Origin: Camelus dromedarius | Lineage: Eukaryota | Direction of reading: 5' to 3' | Length of the DNA stretch: 64,000 nt | Assembly (NCBI RefSeq): GCF_036321535.1 | Contig: NC_087436.1 | Location: 67,830,001-67,894,000 of the forward strand | Part shown: one piece after another, positions 52,336 to 64,000 of the stretch | Position numbering within the stretch: the first letter of the stretch is position 1 | Layout of the letters: each line of letters begins with the position of its first letter | Made by a program: the position numbers and the translations under genes | The notes under the pieces: generated by a model | Database searches by the model: none | The model's input: only the letters and a program-made list of their open reading frames with translations | What the model was told of the DNA's origin: nothing

Positions 52336-53087
52336 ACTGCTCTTCTACTGCAACTTGGTAACCTTTATCTGGAGCAGTGTCTTAAGGTAAATAAAAACTA
52401 AATACAACAGAAATGCCTTTGCTTTGAATTTGCATGACTTCCTCATGGAATAATCAAAGACATGTGACAGCATAAGAATCAGAATGAGCTTATAGAAAGA
52501 AGGGACTCTAAAGAGACAACAGTGAGGAGGAGGCAAACACACAGGCACAAAACTAGCCACAAAGCAGACGATACTATGGGTCCCTATGAAAAGTATTTCC
52601 TAAGGCGACATTCAAAAAGTAAAAGGAGCTAACTGTATTTTGCAGACCTGAGTACCAAATACACAAAACTACTGGTGGGTTTCCAGAAAATCTCATCTCT
52701 GAATAGAAGTGATCATTCTCCTGTCTCAGTTGCAGGCTGGGATGCCCCCAAACACTATTTTCTTCATTCTGAGAGGCATGTAGCATGGTTCCTTCCTTAG
52801 GATTCTCAAGAGTGATGAAGAGATTATAATATTCAGTCACTCATAATCCTGAAGGGAGTGGGAACGAAAGACAGCCAACTGTCTCATCCTACGTGGCTGT
52901 GAGAATGTGTTGTTACAATGCCCACCCAGTGGACCTAGCCGGCTGCTTAGCATCACATAAACAAACAGTGTTCCCTTCAGCTATACTGAGCGACTGTAGT
53001 TTAGCAATATACATGATACACATATAAACATGTATAAATCTATATGAATGACTGTATTCATGTACACCACACACAAACACACAGAGG

Positions 53088-53500
53088 GAATTCTGGTTCG
53101 TGGCCATAATTGTGAACAGAATCACTATGGCTAATTTAAGCAGAAAAAAAATTAAGTGATTTGGCTGACTCACTAACCCTAGAGTCACTGAAGCCTAGAG
53201 AAGTATCTTGAGGCAGGCCTTCCAGAAACATAACCACATTCCCAAGTCTGTGGTAAAGCAACTGTCACCACTTCAGCTAAGATCACCAAGCACCAAATGC
53301 CAGAAATTCAACTCTTCTGCCAGCAGAGGGGCCACACCTGTAAAAAGAACTAAGCCACAAGTACTCACCATCAGCCCAAAGAAGCACGCTTCGTCTAAAT
53401 TACACTTGCATGCCATGTATTTGAGTTTTTAATTCTATGACAAAGAGGTTGATTTTATAGTGGGGGGAATTCCCCAATTACAGAAAGGCAATGTTAAAAA
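53088..53500 (-). mobile_element. Old MLT1 (MaLR) LTR remnant
   Basis: ggaattctggtt...aacagaatcactatggctaatttaagcagaaaa start typical of MLT1K/L. Confidence 0.55.
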
Positions 53501-56059
53501 GAAAAAAATAGCCAATTTGACCAGTTTGATGGGTGTCCATTGTATGTGTTTATGTTTATATAAATATATAAACTCAGTTGTGAGGATTACAATAATTCTT
53601 ACATGTAAATTGTTTAGAACTATGCCTGGCAGATAAGCACTATGTCAATATTTGCTATTCTTGGCTTCCTTCCCCTTTTCTTCCTTCTTTCCTTCCCCAT
53701 CTTTTTTCTTTTTTGCTTATACCAGTAGTGTGTATGGTATAAGTATATGTATATGGGTAAATGTTAATGTGGTTATTACATATTAAATGAGGATTATCAT
53801 TAAGATGTTCTAACCTGTATCATCTTATGCATATACCATCTTCAGTCTTCGGTTCATTTTGATATTGGAATCTCTTAAAAAAAAAATCACTGACATCAAA
53901 ATCCAACATTAAACCAGTTAGTGTTTCAGAAGGGAGGTAAATTCAACTTTTCCTGCCTGATGCTCAGTGAAAATGTAGACAAATGCTTTATTATAATATC
54001 TCAGAAAATAAGACTTTCTCCTGAGAGTATGAAAATTCTCACTCCTAACAACAAAAACAGAAAAATGCACACAAACATTAAAAAAAAAAGACCCAACCCA
54101 ATTAGGATCCTCACTGAGTTGTACTATAGGCTTAACGTAATAAGCATGTGCTCTGGAGCTAGAGAGACCCAAGGTTTTACCCTGATGTTGTAATCACTTG
54201 CTGTGTTACTCTGAGCAATTATCTAGTCTCTTAATCTCAGTCTCCTTGAAGATAAAATGAGAATCAGAAAATCTTGCATATAAGAGAATTAGACTATAAA
54301 TGTTAAGGGCAAAATGGCTGGCTTTATGGTCTCAGATATCAGATGCCCAGAACGACATTGGTTTCATGTCCTGTCACTATGATGATTGCTATCTTACACC
54401 ACCACCAATTTGCTTCCTGGAGTTTGCTGGAGTTGTCTCCGATGTTACTGCAGAGAAGTATCATAACATAGAAAAGCCAGAGATCTTTAGAGAAATGTTC
54501 ACCTAAGTGCCCAGAGATAAGGATTCCACAGCATACCCCCCTTGTTGGGTGGCCATGGCAAATTGAAAATTCATAGAACGGGAAGGGATCTTCAAATAGT
54601 ATCTAGCAAATTCTCTACTTTTTACAAATAAGAACACAGAACATGGAAAGCTGATGCAAATACAGATCTTGTACCAAATCCTAGACCCCTAGTTTCACAA
54701 TAGTGCTATTTCCATTCTTACTCTTTAGATTTTCATTATAAAATGGGTAGAATCTCACATAAACATTTCCTTTAACTTATATAGTCTATGTTTATGCACA
54801 TATTTTCCAAAGCTTTATTGAAGTCCTATTACATGTCTGCAGACAGAAGGAAACAAAATGGCATTATACTCAAACTCACCATCACCATCTAGTAGTTAAT
54901 ATAAAACAGCTGAAGAACAGTGCAAACCAACTGTTCTAAAGTGTTACAATACTGAAAGATGTAATTGACCTGTTGCCAATTTTCTTTTGCAAAAGGCCAA
55001 TAACTATTTTTTGCATAGAAGGATGGCATTTCAAATGCCAGTTATTAGCTTGCATTATTAGATATTGTAAATGTATTAATAGTAAATATATTTTTAAAAA
55101 CATGTCATACTTCTCTGACATCTCATAGAAGTCAAAATATTTTAACAAGACATTATAATCTTACTCCTACATTTCCCGGTTGTAAAATTTCATAGCATTC
55201 ATATTAATTATTTCACTCCTGCCCCCATTTAAGGTAACATGCATGGTAGAGGAGCATGTGCTTTATACGTTTATTTCTTAACAAGTTTATTCTGAATGAC
55301 TAACACCAATTTAAAAAGACCTAGTTGAAAGGGAGACATATATATATAAATGTATAAATAAAAGCTAAATAATTTCCCTTTCTTTTAAAGCATATCTACC
55401 TGGGGATTTATTCTTGAACTTTTAAACTGAGCTAAATTTTTTATCTAACCAAACTGAAAATCAGTAAAATAAAAAGATATAGTTTAGAAAACTACAATTT
55501 ATATATATCCAAGATTATTGATAATAACAATGTTCTTTTACCCTTCAAAATTGCATATCCTAAGTGAAACTAAGAAAATTAATTCCACATGGTAAGAAAT
55601 TGGCCTATAAAAATACTTGTTTGGTTAGGTACATACTGGCCATATGTCAGTATTAAAAAGAAAAAATAAAAAATCAGTTCAACATATTAATTTACCACCA
55701 TGATAGGGCCAGTAGAAATCTTTTGCAGTTTTGGGGAGAAATTATTTCTTACATCCCCTAATATGCATAGAATTTTGGCATAATATTGACATTTTATTTA
55801 TATCCACCTAATCCATAAAAGATCTTTTGATGTCTGGCTATGTTATATGTAATAATTAGGCATTTTTAGTAGGTATTAAAAATTTAGAATACTAAGCTAG
55901 CACTGACTAAATTATTTATAGATACCCATTTCTTCTTCTTGTTAAGGGAAAAATGTCTCATTTGTGTTTTAATGAGAAGGTCTATTATTTTCATTCATTC
56001 AAAAGAAAAGCCATTATAATCTGATGCCGAAATCAAAGGCACATTCATCAGTATAGGTT

Positions 56060-57310
56060 CCAAAGTTAACTTCCAATTTGCAAAATTCAGCACATGGTTT
56101 ATTGCTTTTTGACATCTACAATGTTTAACCTGTTGATCTCTTCCTCCTTGGGAAGCTCTTTTCTTTTTTGGATCCCATCTTTTCTGGTCTGTCTCTCTGG
56201 TATTTTCTTCACCATTTGAAGATTAACTTCTTTATACATCTTAAAATTTTATCTCTACATTAAAAGTCCAAATGTGAGTATCATCTTTCTCACACCATCA
56301 AACCCTCTCTTCCTTGTTTATGAAATTCCATGACTTAGGAAGACTCTCATCCTTCCCTGTTACCAAATGCCTAGAAGTAGAACTCTCAACCACATTCACC
56401 TCTTAGCCTCACCTCCAATCAGTTGTCAAGTGCTATTAATTCTGCTCCTTCAAAGCATTTAAAACCTGTTCCATCTTTTCTATATCAACAGTAATTTCCT
56501 TGAAGTAAGAAAATGATTATTTCCCATACTGATTATTGCAACAGACTAAGTTGCATCTTTTTAAAAACATTTCCTGCATTGGTGCATCATTTACATTGCC
56601 AGAGTGATTCTTTAAAAAAAAAAAAAAAATTCCATCGTACCAGGACAGAATCGTGTTTAAGTAGGCTACTGACTCAGATGGTATGACTTGGAGAACCATG
56701 TGAACTTTTTTCTCTGCCCCCTCTCCTTCCCCCATTTCCTTTCTCTCCCTCTCTCTATATATATATGTAAAAGCAGAGAAAAACCAAGTGTACCTTCTTC
56801 ATAAAAGCAATTAAATAAGGCAATATATGTATAATTCTCATAGTAGCTGGAGCATATTAATTATCACCAATCCCACGTAAAACTTAAACTTTCCACTACT
56901 TTGATTCATGTGCTAAGTCCAAAATATAGCATAAGATACTTCATAATTGGACATCTGCGTATCACATTCTACTCCCACGCTGTGCTAAAGCAATCTAAAC
57001 TGCTGACTGTTCTCCAGATGCATCGTGCTTGTTCATACCTCTGCATCTTTACACAAAGGTCCCTCTGCCTGGTTTAGCATTGACTCCTGCTAGCCTTCTC
57101 TTCGTGGCTGACTCCTAATTATCTTTGATTCAAAGCAAGTGTCGTCATTTATAGCCAGCCAACCATATAAACCTCTATCATAGCCCAGACAGAACAGGTA
57201 CCTCTCCCATCACAGTACTTGTCAAACGGTAACCATGTGTTACATTTCCCATTCTGTTTACTTGATACCAGAGTTACTATCTAACAAGTACTATACAAAT
57301 TCTTGTGAGA
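56060..57310 (+). mobile_element. Fragmented L2 LINE
   Basis: ccaatcagttgtcaagtgctattaattctgctcc, gccagagtgattcttt, catacctctgcatctttacac..ccctctgcctgg motifs. Confidence 0.65.
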
Positions 57311-58756
57311 GGAGGGAAGAAGTGAAGGAGGAAAGGAAGGATAGACCACAGCTTTCATCATACAAGTAATTCATCATTTTAAAAAGTTGTTTGTTTAATC
57401 TCAACCAGGTCCCCCTGGCCCCAAACACTTCACCATCATAACTCAGTAATTAATAATCCTATATAAGGTTTAGCTTAAGGAATTATATTGAGAAATTATT
57501 TAAAAATGTATGTATGTAATATATCCCATGTTCTCATCATTTTGACCTAGTGTAATTCTCTGAAACCTTGTTCTTATTCCTATTTATCACACGTATAGAT
57601 ACTTTTCACAAGAATACTAGTACATACCCGCTACATGATCTCTCATAGGCACATACACACACATACACTTGCCAACTTCCAGAGAAGTCATCCCTTGAAT
57701 TTCAGTTGGGCTCTTATTACCTCTTATCAATTCAGTTATTATATTGTTTGACTTTGTCTCAAATCAGCTGGTAGAAAGACCGTATTCTTCCTCTTTCATC
57801 CTTGCCCATAAGAAATCCAGTGTGTGTCTTTCCTGGTAGTGTTTACTATGTAATATATGTGTCATATATATATATGACAAGAGTCATACAAGAGATACTA
57901 CAGAGTGCATATTGACATCCCAGGATAAGTTACCTCAATATTTTCAACCCACATTTCTTTTTCAGTTCAAATTCTAGTAATGACTGCTCTCTCCACATAG
58001 AGCATTTAGCACATCCTCTCTTGCAACAAAGGGTACATATTGTGTAGTCCACTCAACTGAACCAATGATCTGCACTTAAATCAACATCTCTGGAATAAAT
58101 TTTCAAAACATCTTTTCTTCTTAGCAACTCACTACGTAGATAAGTTACTCACTCCTCACCTCAGAGGGAGATCGCTAAATATAATTTTCCCAACTTATTA
58201 TACATATTTACTTGCCTATTTCTAAATTCCAGGCTTTATGAAAATATACATTTGTTTTCTTGCTACCATATCCTCATTGTCAGAATGATTGACAGAAAGT
58301 GCTCAGTACATATTCATCTAGTGAATGAATTATGAGTAAGCTCTTATTTAGAATCAATTAGAATATTTGTATTAATATTTCTTGATTGAAGTAGCTACTG
58401 GTAAGGTGAAAAGATAACATTTTTTTCCTTAATAATTTTGCCTCAGGGAAGGCAAGACCTTACTTAAGCTATTTTCCTCAGGACTCCTAAATCAAGAAAA
58501 GAAAGTTCTGCTGATAATTCTGCAGTCAACTGGCTCCACATGACCCATTCTCCCCAACCTCCACCCCTCCCCAAAAAAAGAAAGCAAACAAACAGAATCA
58601 GATTAACTGTTTACCTTAGCTATAGTGAACAGAAGCAAAAAATGCATACTACCTCAAGAATATAGCTTGGAATTAGGTTTGGTGTATTATAAGGATTAAT
58701 ACTAGCACACAAGTTATTAACACACTTGGTTCTTTTCACATTATTTCAAGAGCTTG

Positions 58757-59335
58757 TATATTAGTTTTCTATTCGTGCAATCAAAAATAACCACAAATTT
58801 AGTAGGTAAAACACCTTTTTATTTTCTTAGCGTTTGGTAGAACAGAAGTCTGAGATGGGTCTTACTGGGCTAAAGCTCAAAGTTGTCAACAGGGCTACCT
58901 TTCTTTCTGGAGGCTCGAAGGGAAAATCTACTTGCTTATTCATTTAAGTTGCTGACAAAATTTACATCCTTGTAGTGGTAGAGCTGAGGTCCCTTTTACC
59001 TTCCTAGCTGTCAGCTGAGAGTTGTTGCTGGATTCTAGAAGTCACTCGCATTCCTTTGCTCATGTTCTTCCTTCCTCCATTTTTGAAATCAGTAACAACA
59101 TATTCAATCTCTCATTTCTACTTCCATCCTCCCAACTTTCTAAATCTCTTCTGCCTTCCTCTTCTACTTTTAAAGACCCACGTGATTGCATTCGCCCCTC
59201 ATGGATAATATCCTTACTACAAAATCTTTAGTCTTAATTCCATCTCCGAAGTCTCTTTTGCTATGTAAAGTAATATGTCCAGATTCCAAAGGCTAAGCTG
59301 GGGGCATCTTTGGGGACATTATTCTGCCTGGCACA
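58757..59335 (-). mobile_element. MLT1 (MaLR) solo LTR
   Basis: tatattagttttctatt...ggggcatctttggggacattattctgcctggcaca; 5-bp TSD gcttg/acttg. Confidence 0.9.
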
Positions 59336-62300
59336 ACTTGTATACTAGTAACTAGTTTTACTGTACACCAATTTTGAATATTTAAAATCTGAGCAGTTAG
59401 TTCAATCTTAGTAAAAAATTTTTGCATTTGTGATTTTAGTAACTAATCCAGCTAACAGATTCACCTTCAAAGATGGGAAGTTCTTCTATTTTACATATAA
59501 ATCCAGTCAAAATGTTGCTACATATTACCTGATGAACTTGCGTTTCACCCATTACTGAATACCAACTAAGCATAAAAGTCAAATATTTTATGACAATCAT
59601 GATGCCCATTGACTAAATAAATGCTTACAATGTACTTTGTAATATAAATAAAACTTTTTTTATTTGTTTTATATTTGATATGTGGATTTCTATAGACCTG
59701 GTTTGTGGGTCTAGAACCAAGCATTAAATAATTGTATTTATAATCAAGTTTGATATTAACTAAGATGTTTTAAAATAAAGTGTCTCAATCTCTTGGGAGG
59801 ATATTTTAGTGCCACACAAACTTTTTCTTTGGCTGGCAGGATACTGAGCTAATGGTGGTTACTGAACTTCGAAGGGAAAGTTGAGCACAGGAATGGAAGT
59901 CAAGGAAAATGATCTCTTGTCCCCCAATACTTCCACTAGCCTCTGAGGCTTTCAGTGCTTATATTCATTAAAATGAAGGGGTTACACTGCATGAAACTTC
60001 TAATTTTCTATGACTACAATTACTTTCAAGTCAGTTCTGTAATGAATGTTTAGGTACAAGTAAAATTAAGAAGACATCAACACACTAACAGAAATTGTTG
60101 TTTCCAGTACAAAGATAAAACAAAATATACCAAAAAGTTTGCAAGTTTAATAATTGAAAAAAATTGATTTCATGTTAATATATTGTTCAGTTAATATAGC
60201 ACAGTATTAGATTATATTAGATCTTTTTTTTTTTTTTTTTTAGATTTGATTGGTATTACTCTAAACCTTACATTTTGTGGGGACTGTTCAGTTTCACAGT
60301 TTGGAGTCCTTTGATGCTTGCTATTACCTTCCTTCTATTTTTTCCACATGGACTACTCTATTGATAAATCAAAAGAAAAAGGATCAAATAAACAAAGCAA
60401 CAAAGCAGGGAAGTGCTCACATCAAGGTTGTAGGCAATCTAATTAATTTTTCATTTGGTTCTCATGTATTAGGGATCAATCAATTTGGGGTTATGTTTAC
60501 AGAGTTATAAAAGGAGAGGAGACCAGGTCCTTAATTTGTTGTCTAGTCTGCCCAAATTAGGTCAGTTAAATGATCTCAGGGGATACCATAAAATATATGA
60601 ATAGGTTCTTATAAATACCTTTTCTTTTAATTACAGATCAAGTTGTCAACATTTTCTGCAGACCTTGACTTTGGTAGAAGGGCAAAATTCTGAAATCAAA
60701 CAATGGGGCTTTATTTTCCAGATTTTTTTCTTTGCTTTTTTCACTGACATACTTTAGTTAAAATGTCTTTAGAGAGCTATTTTAGCATGCGAAGATTCGG
60801 CATGCCAGAATTGACTATCACTCAGTGAACGGAGTTTCCAGTCAAATAAAAAGTGATATTAAGATTAATGGCCTTTATCCTATAAGAATGTGTCACTCTT
60901 AGAGATATACTGAATCACTCCAGAAAATGGAATTGTATGAAATAGTAAGAAGGGGCACTATATTTCATGGAAATAAAGAAACCTGGAAAAATGGTGTCTT
61001 CTAAAATAAAGTTCCCAGAATATTAAGGCAGAACAAAAATAGAATTTATGTGTTATTCAAAGTTTGGTGGAACACTCGGGCAAGATTTGAGGTACATCAA
61101 TGTCCTCTAAAGCCAGTGTTAAAAAATCACTGCACTGGGACCTGGCAGATTAGGATAATTGACTTGAGTATCCAGTAACCTTTAGAACCTTCTCTAAATT
61201 TTCTCTAGTGTTCTCTCTATTCAATTAGTCACCAAGTCCCTAAGGACTACCTCTCATTAACTCTGTTCTCACCATCACTGCATTATCACCCACCTGGCCT
61301 ATTGCAATACATCCTAACCACTCTAGCTAACTCCAGTCAGAACCACAATACACCCTGCACTGTTAACACACCCTGTTAAAGTTACTTTCAAAACAATCAT
61401 ACTTTTCTATCAATTCTGATATTGTTATAACTCAGTTAAAAAAAATTCACTGTGAAGGCCTTTGGAAATTCCTTTATTCCACTGTACTCAAGGAATCAGG
61501 AAATGTTACATAGTCACTTCAAACCATAGTCTGACAGTAAACATCGACCTGACTCATTCTGAAATCCCCGATTCTCAACCCCTGGTTCAGGAGAACTTCA
61601 CAGACTTTAGAGCAATACTTCATTGGACTACTAAGTGCCAGAAAAATAAGATTTTTTTATATGAAGTAAATGAGAGTAGACAAGACGAGGTAAAATGAGT
61701 ATTTTAAAATACATCAATATACTTTGTGCAACACCTTAGGCTTTTTAAAAGACAAAAGCCACTAAACAGAATCCTTAACCCTTTATATTCCATGTAAAAT
61801 GAATTTTAATAGTTTTAAAAATAATTTTATTTTAGAAATCAGTCTATTACTAGAGATAAGCATCTTCTCCCTTTAACAAGAACTTTAATTGTGAGAACTC
61901 TCGGAAAAGGCAATGAACTCTTACTGCAAAACCAGATGGATTCACAGAAGGAAAAGATGAATTCTGAGGTTTCTTTTCAACAGTCTGTGATTTTTTTTCT
62001 CTCTTCTGAGGTTAGTTGGGGCAGGGTACTCTACATCTCTATGCACACAATGACCTGAAATTCACGGCTCTCTTAGGATGTAGTCTGAAAATTGGATCAG
62101 AGTTGACTCCTTTCAGAGCTTAGTGAGGATTCTTATTATATCATTTTCATTGAGGTTTTATGGCTTAATTAATACTTTGTGAGGAATCAAGTGAAAGAAC
62201 ATGTTCTATTCCTCACCCTGAGATTCCTAAGCTCAATGCTTCCTCAACTGTGAGACGGTTGTGCTTGCTCAACTTAAAAAACACATTCTAGTTTTAACTA

Positions 62301-62344
62301 AGTTTGTAAAAGGCTGAGTAAGACATAGTTAAACAGACTTTACT

Positions 62345-62790
62345 TATTTAAAGCCAGGTTTACTAAGATACAATGTACATAAAGTAAAATTCACCCTGCA
62401 AGTACAAAGTTCAATGGGCTTTGGCAAAAAATACACTGTCTTGTAACTAGCCCATAATAAAGATATAGAACATTTTAATCATCCTACAAAGTTCCCTCCC
62501 CCACCCTTTGCCATCAATCCCATCCCTGAGCCCACAGCCTCTGGCAATTTTGATCTGATTTCTATCCCTTTTTTTAGTTTTGCCCTTTTCAGAATGTCTG
62601 ATAAGTGGAAACACAACATATGCTTTCTTTTGTATGTAAACTGTTTAACATTAATAATTTTGAGGTTCATACACATCACTGCATTCATTAGCAGTTTGTA
62701 CTTTTTATTTCTAAGAAATATCCACTATATGGGTGTACACACACAATTGATTTATTCAGCAGATGGGTACATTTGGGTTTGTAAATGCTA
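62345..62790 (-). mobile_element. L1 3' end (L1MB/ME-like)
   Basis: tttactaagatacaatgtacataaagtaaaattcaccc...cacagcctctggcaatt..gatctgatttctatc...tttgcccttttcagaatgtc. Confidence 0.8.
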
Positions 62791-63069
62791 AACCATTTCC
62801 CAGTGACTTTTGCATCTCTATCAGGACCCTACTCTAGAACTTCTGACTTAGAAATTCTTAGGATAGATACTATAAATCAACATTCAAAAATAAAAAAACA
62901 ATTTGATTCTTATCCACATAAAAGTACCATGTACCAGGATTCCTATCTCCATGGATAAATTTATTCCTAACTATAAATATCATTGTTATTATCAAGAAAT
63001 ATTTGTTGAATTATTAAGTTTACCAATTACCTACACAAACACTATTGCTGTACAGCCAAAATACACCAG

Positions 63070-63551
63070 GCAATAATTTTCCATTGCCACTGTAAAAATT
63101 TAACACAAACTTGACGGCTTAACACAAAATTTTCCATGGGAGTTCCTAGATGAGAGGCCCAAAACAGGTCCTACCTGGCTGAAATCAAGAAGTCAGAAGG
63201 GTTAGAAGGTGATCTAGGAGAGAATTTATTTTCTTACCTTTTCCAGCTTCTAGAAGCTGCCCACATTCCTTAGCTCACAGTTCTGTCCCAGCTTCACTGT
63301 CAGCAGCCTAGCATCTCTCTGACCATTCCTCCATTACTGTGCTCGCTTTGGGCTCCAGCTGGGAAAGGTTCTCCACTTTTAAAAGCTCATGTGATTGGAT
63401 GGGGCCCACCTGGCTAATCCAGGGTACTCGCCCCCTCTCAAGGGCCTTAATTGAATCCATCTGCAAAATCCTTTTGGCTGTGTAAAATAACATTCACAGC
63501 TTTCAAGGATCATCAAGGACATCTTTGGAGGCAATTATTCTGCCTACTACA
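63070..63551 (-). mobile_element. MLT1D-like LTR
   Basis: ccttttccagcttctagaagctgcccacattccttagctc; catgtgattggatggggcccacctggctaatccagg; ggacatctttggaggcaattattctgcctactaca. Confidence 0.9.
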
Positions 63552-63853
63552 AACCCTGATTTTTTATGAAATTCTTAGAAAACACTGACAGTTTTTCTTT
63601 CTTATTGAAAGTCTGGACTTTGGTTCCACTTCACTGATTTAATTTGAATTTGGAATTAATTACCTAATCTCTTGGAACTTCTATTTTTCTATCTACAATA
63701 AGAGGCACAAAAATAGGTTTTTATAATCTCAACAAAATGGACGTTCATTAAATACAGAATAATCCCAGGAACTCTGTTCATAGCATTTGGGTTTGTTAGG
63801 TGACTGTTTGCGAATGTTAGGAATAACAATGTTTGCATGATTATTGTCACTAG

Positions 63854-63855
<2 letters not shown>

Positions 63856-63884
<29 letters not shown>
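63856..63884. repeat. Poly(T)29 tract
   Basis: Direct reading. Similar mononucleotide runs at 19015-19035 (T21) and 38501-38525 (A25). Confidence 0.9.
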
Positions 63885-64000
63885 GTAGACCACTGTTAGT
63901 AAGGAGAGAACACAGTCTACTGAGCAGGCTTGGAAACATGCAGTGAAGAGATAGCAAGCCTGCATCTGGTCCCATTAGTTAAATGCAATAGTTGGGACAA

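Noticed and set aside
54880..54888. Minus-strand 9-nt microexon ATGGTGATG|gtgagt
   Set aside because: Appears to sit in a decayed L2-like stretch, with a weak acceptor and no other support.
57860..57879. 20-bp perfect palindrome tgtcatatatatatatgaca
   Set aside because: Mostly a self-complementary (TA)n core, with only 4 informative bp per arm.
63339..63348. gtgctcgctt, identical to the U6 snRNA 5' end
   Set aside because: Only 10 nt, inside an MLT1D LTR, and diverges immediately.
4402..63580. Window-wide excess of TTCYNRGAA motifs
   Set aside because: About a dozen seen by eye, not clearly above expectation for this composition, and several lie in repeats.
81..63965. ORF track as protein-coding genes
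   Set aside because: All are 141 aa or shorter, many start at non-ATG codons, and they are low-complexity or repeat-derived. Only L1 ORF2 fragments are recognisable.

Overview
AT-rich, CpG-depleted placental-mammal genomic DNA that looks like deep intron or intergenic sequence. There is no CpG island and no recognisable protein-coding gene, tRNA, rRNA or CRISPR array. The supplied ORFs are short and either fall in decayed repeats or match nothing I recognise. The window is dominated by fossil transposons: MIR, L2, L1 of several ages, MaLR/ERVL/ERV1 solo LTRs and hAT DNA elements. Two short young L1 3' tails look cetartiodactyl-type, and I saw no Alu, B1/B2, BovA, PRE-1, CHR-2 or Can-SINE, so a camelid origin is my guess (inference only). 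Repeat family names come from recalled consensus motifs, not a RepeatMasker run, and boundaries are approximate unless a target-site duplication (TSD) is given. I found no convincing new biological system. The best leads are a TSD-flanked, A-tailed retrocopy of an unidentified RNA (12869-13111), a perfect 17-bp inverted repeat in unique DNA (14936-15003), a ~37-bp micro-inversion in an L1, an ORF1-less L1 that keeps its 5'UTR, and a few candidate splice and regulatory signals.
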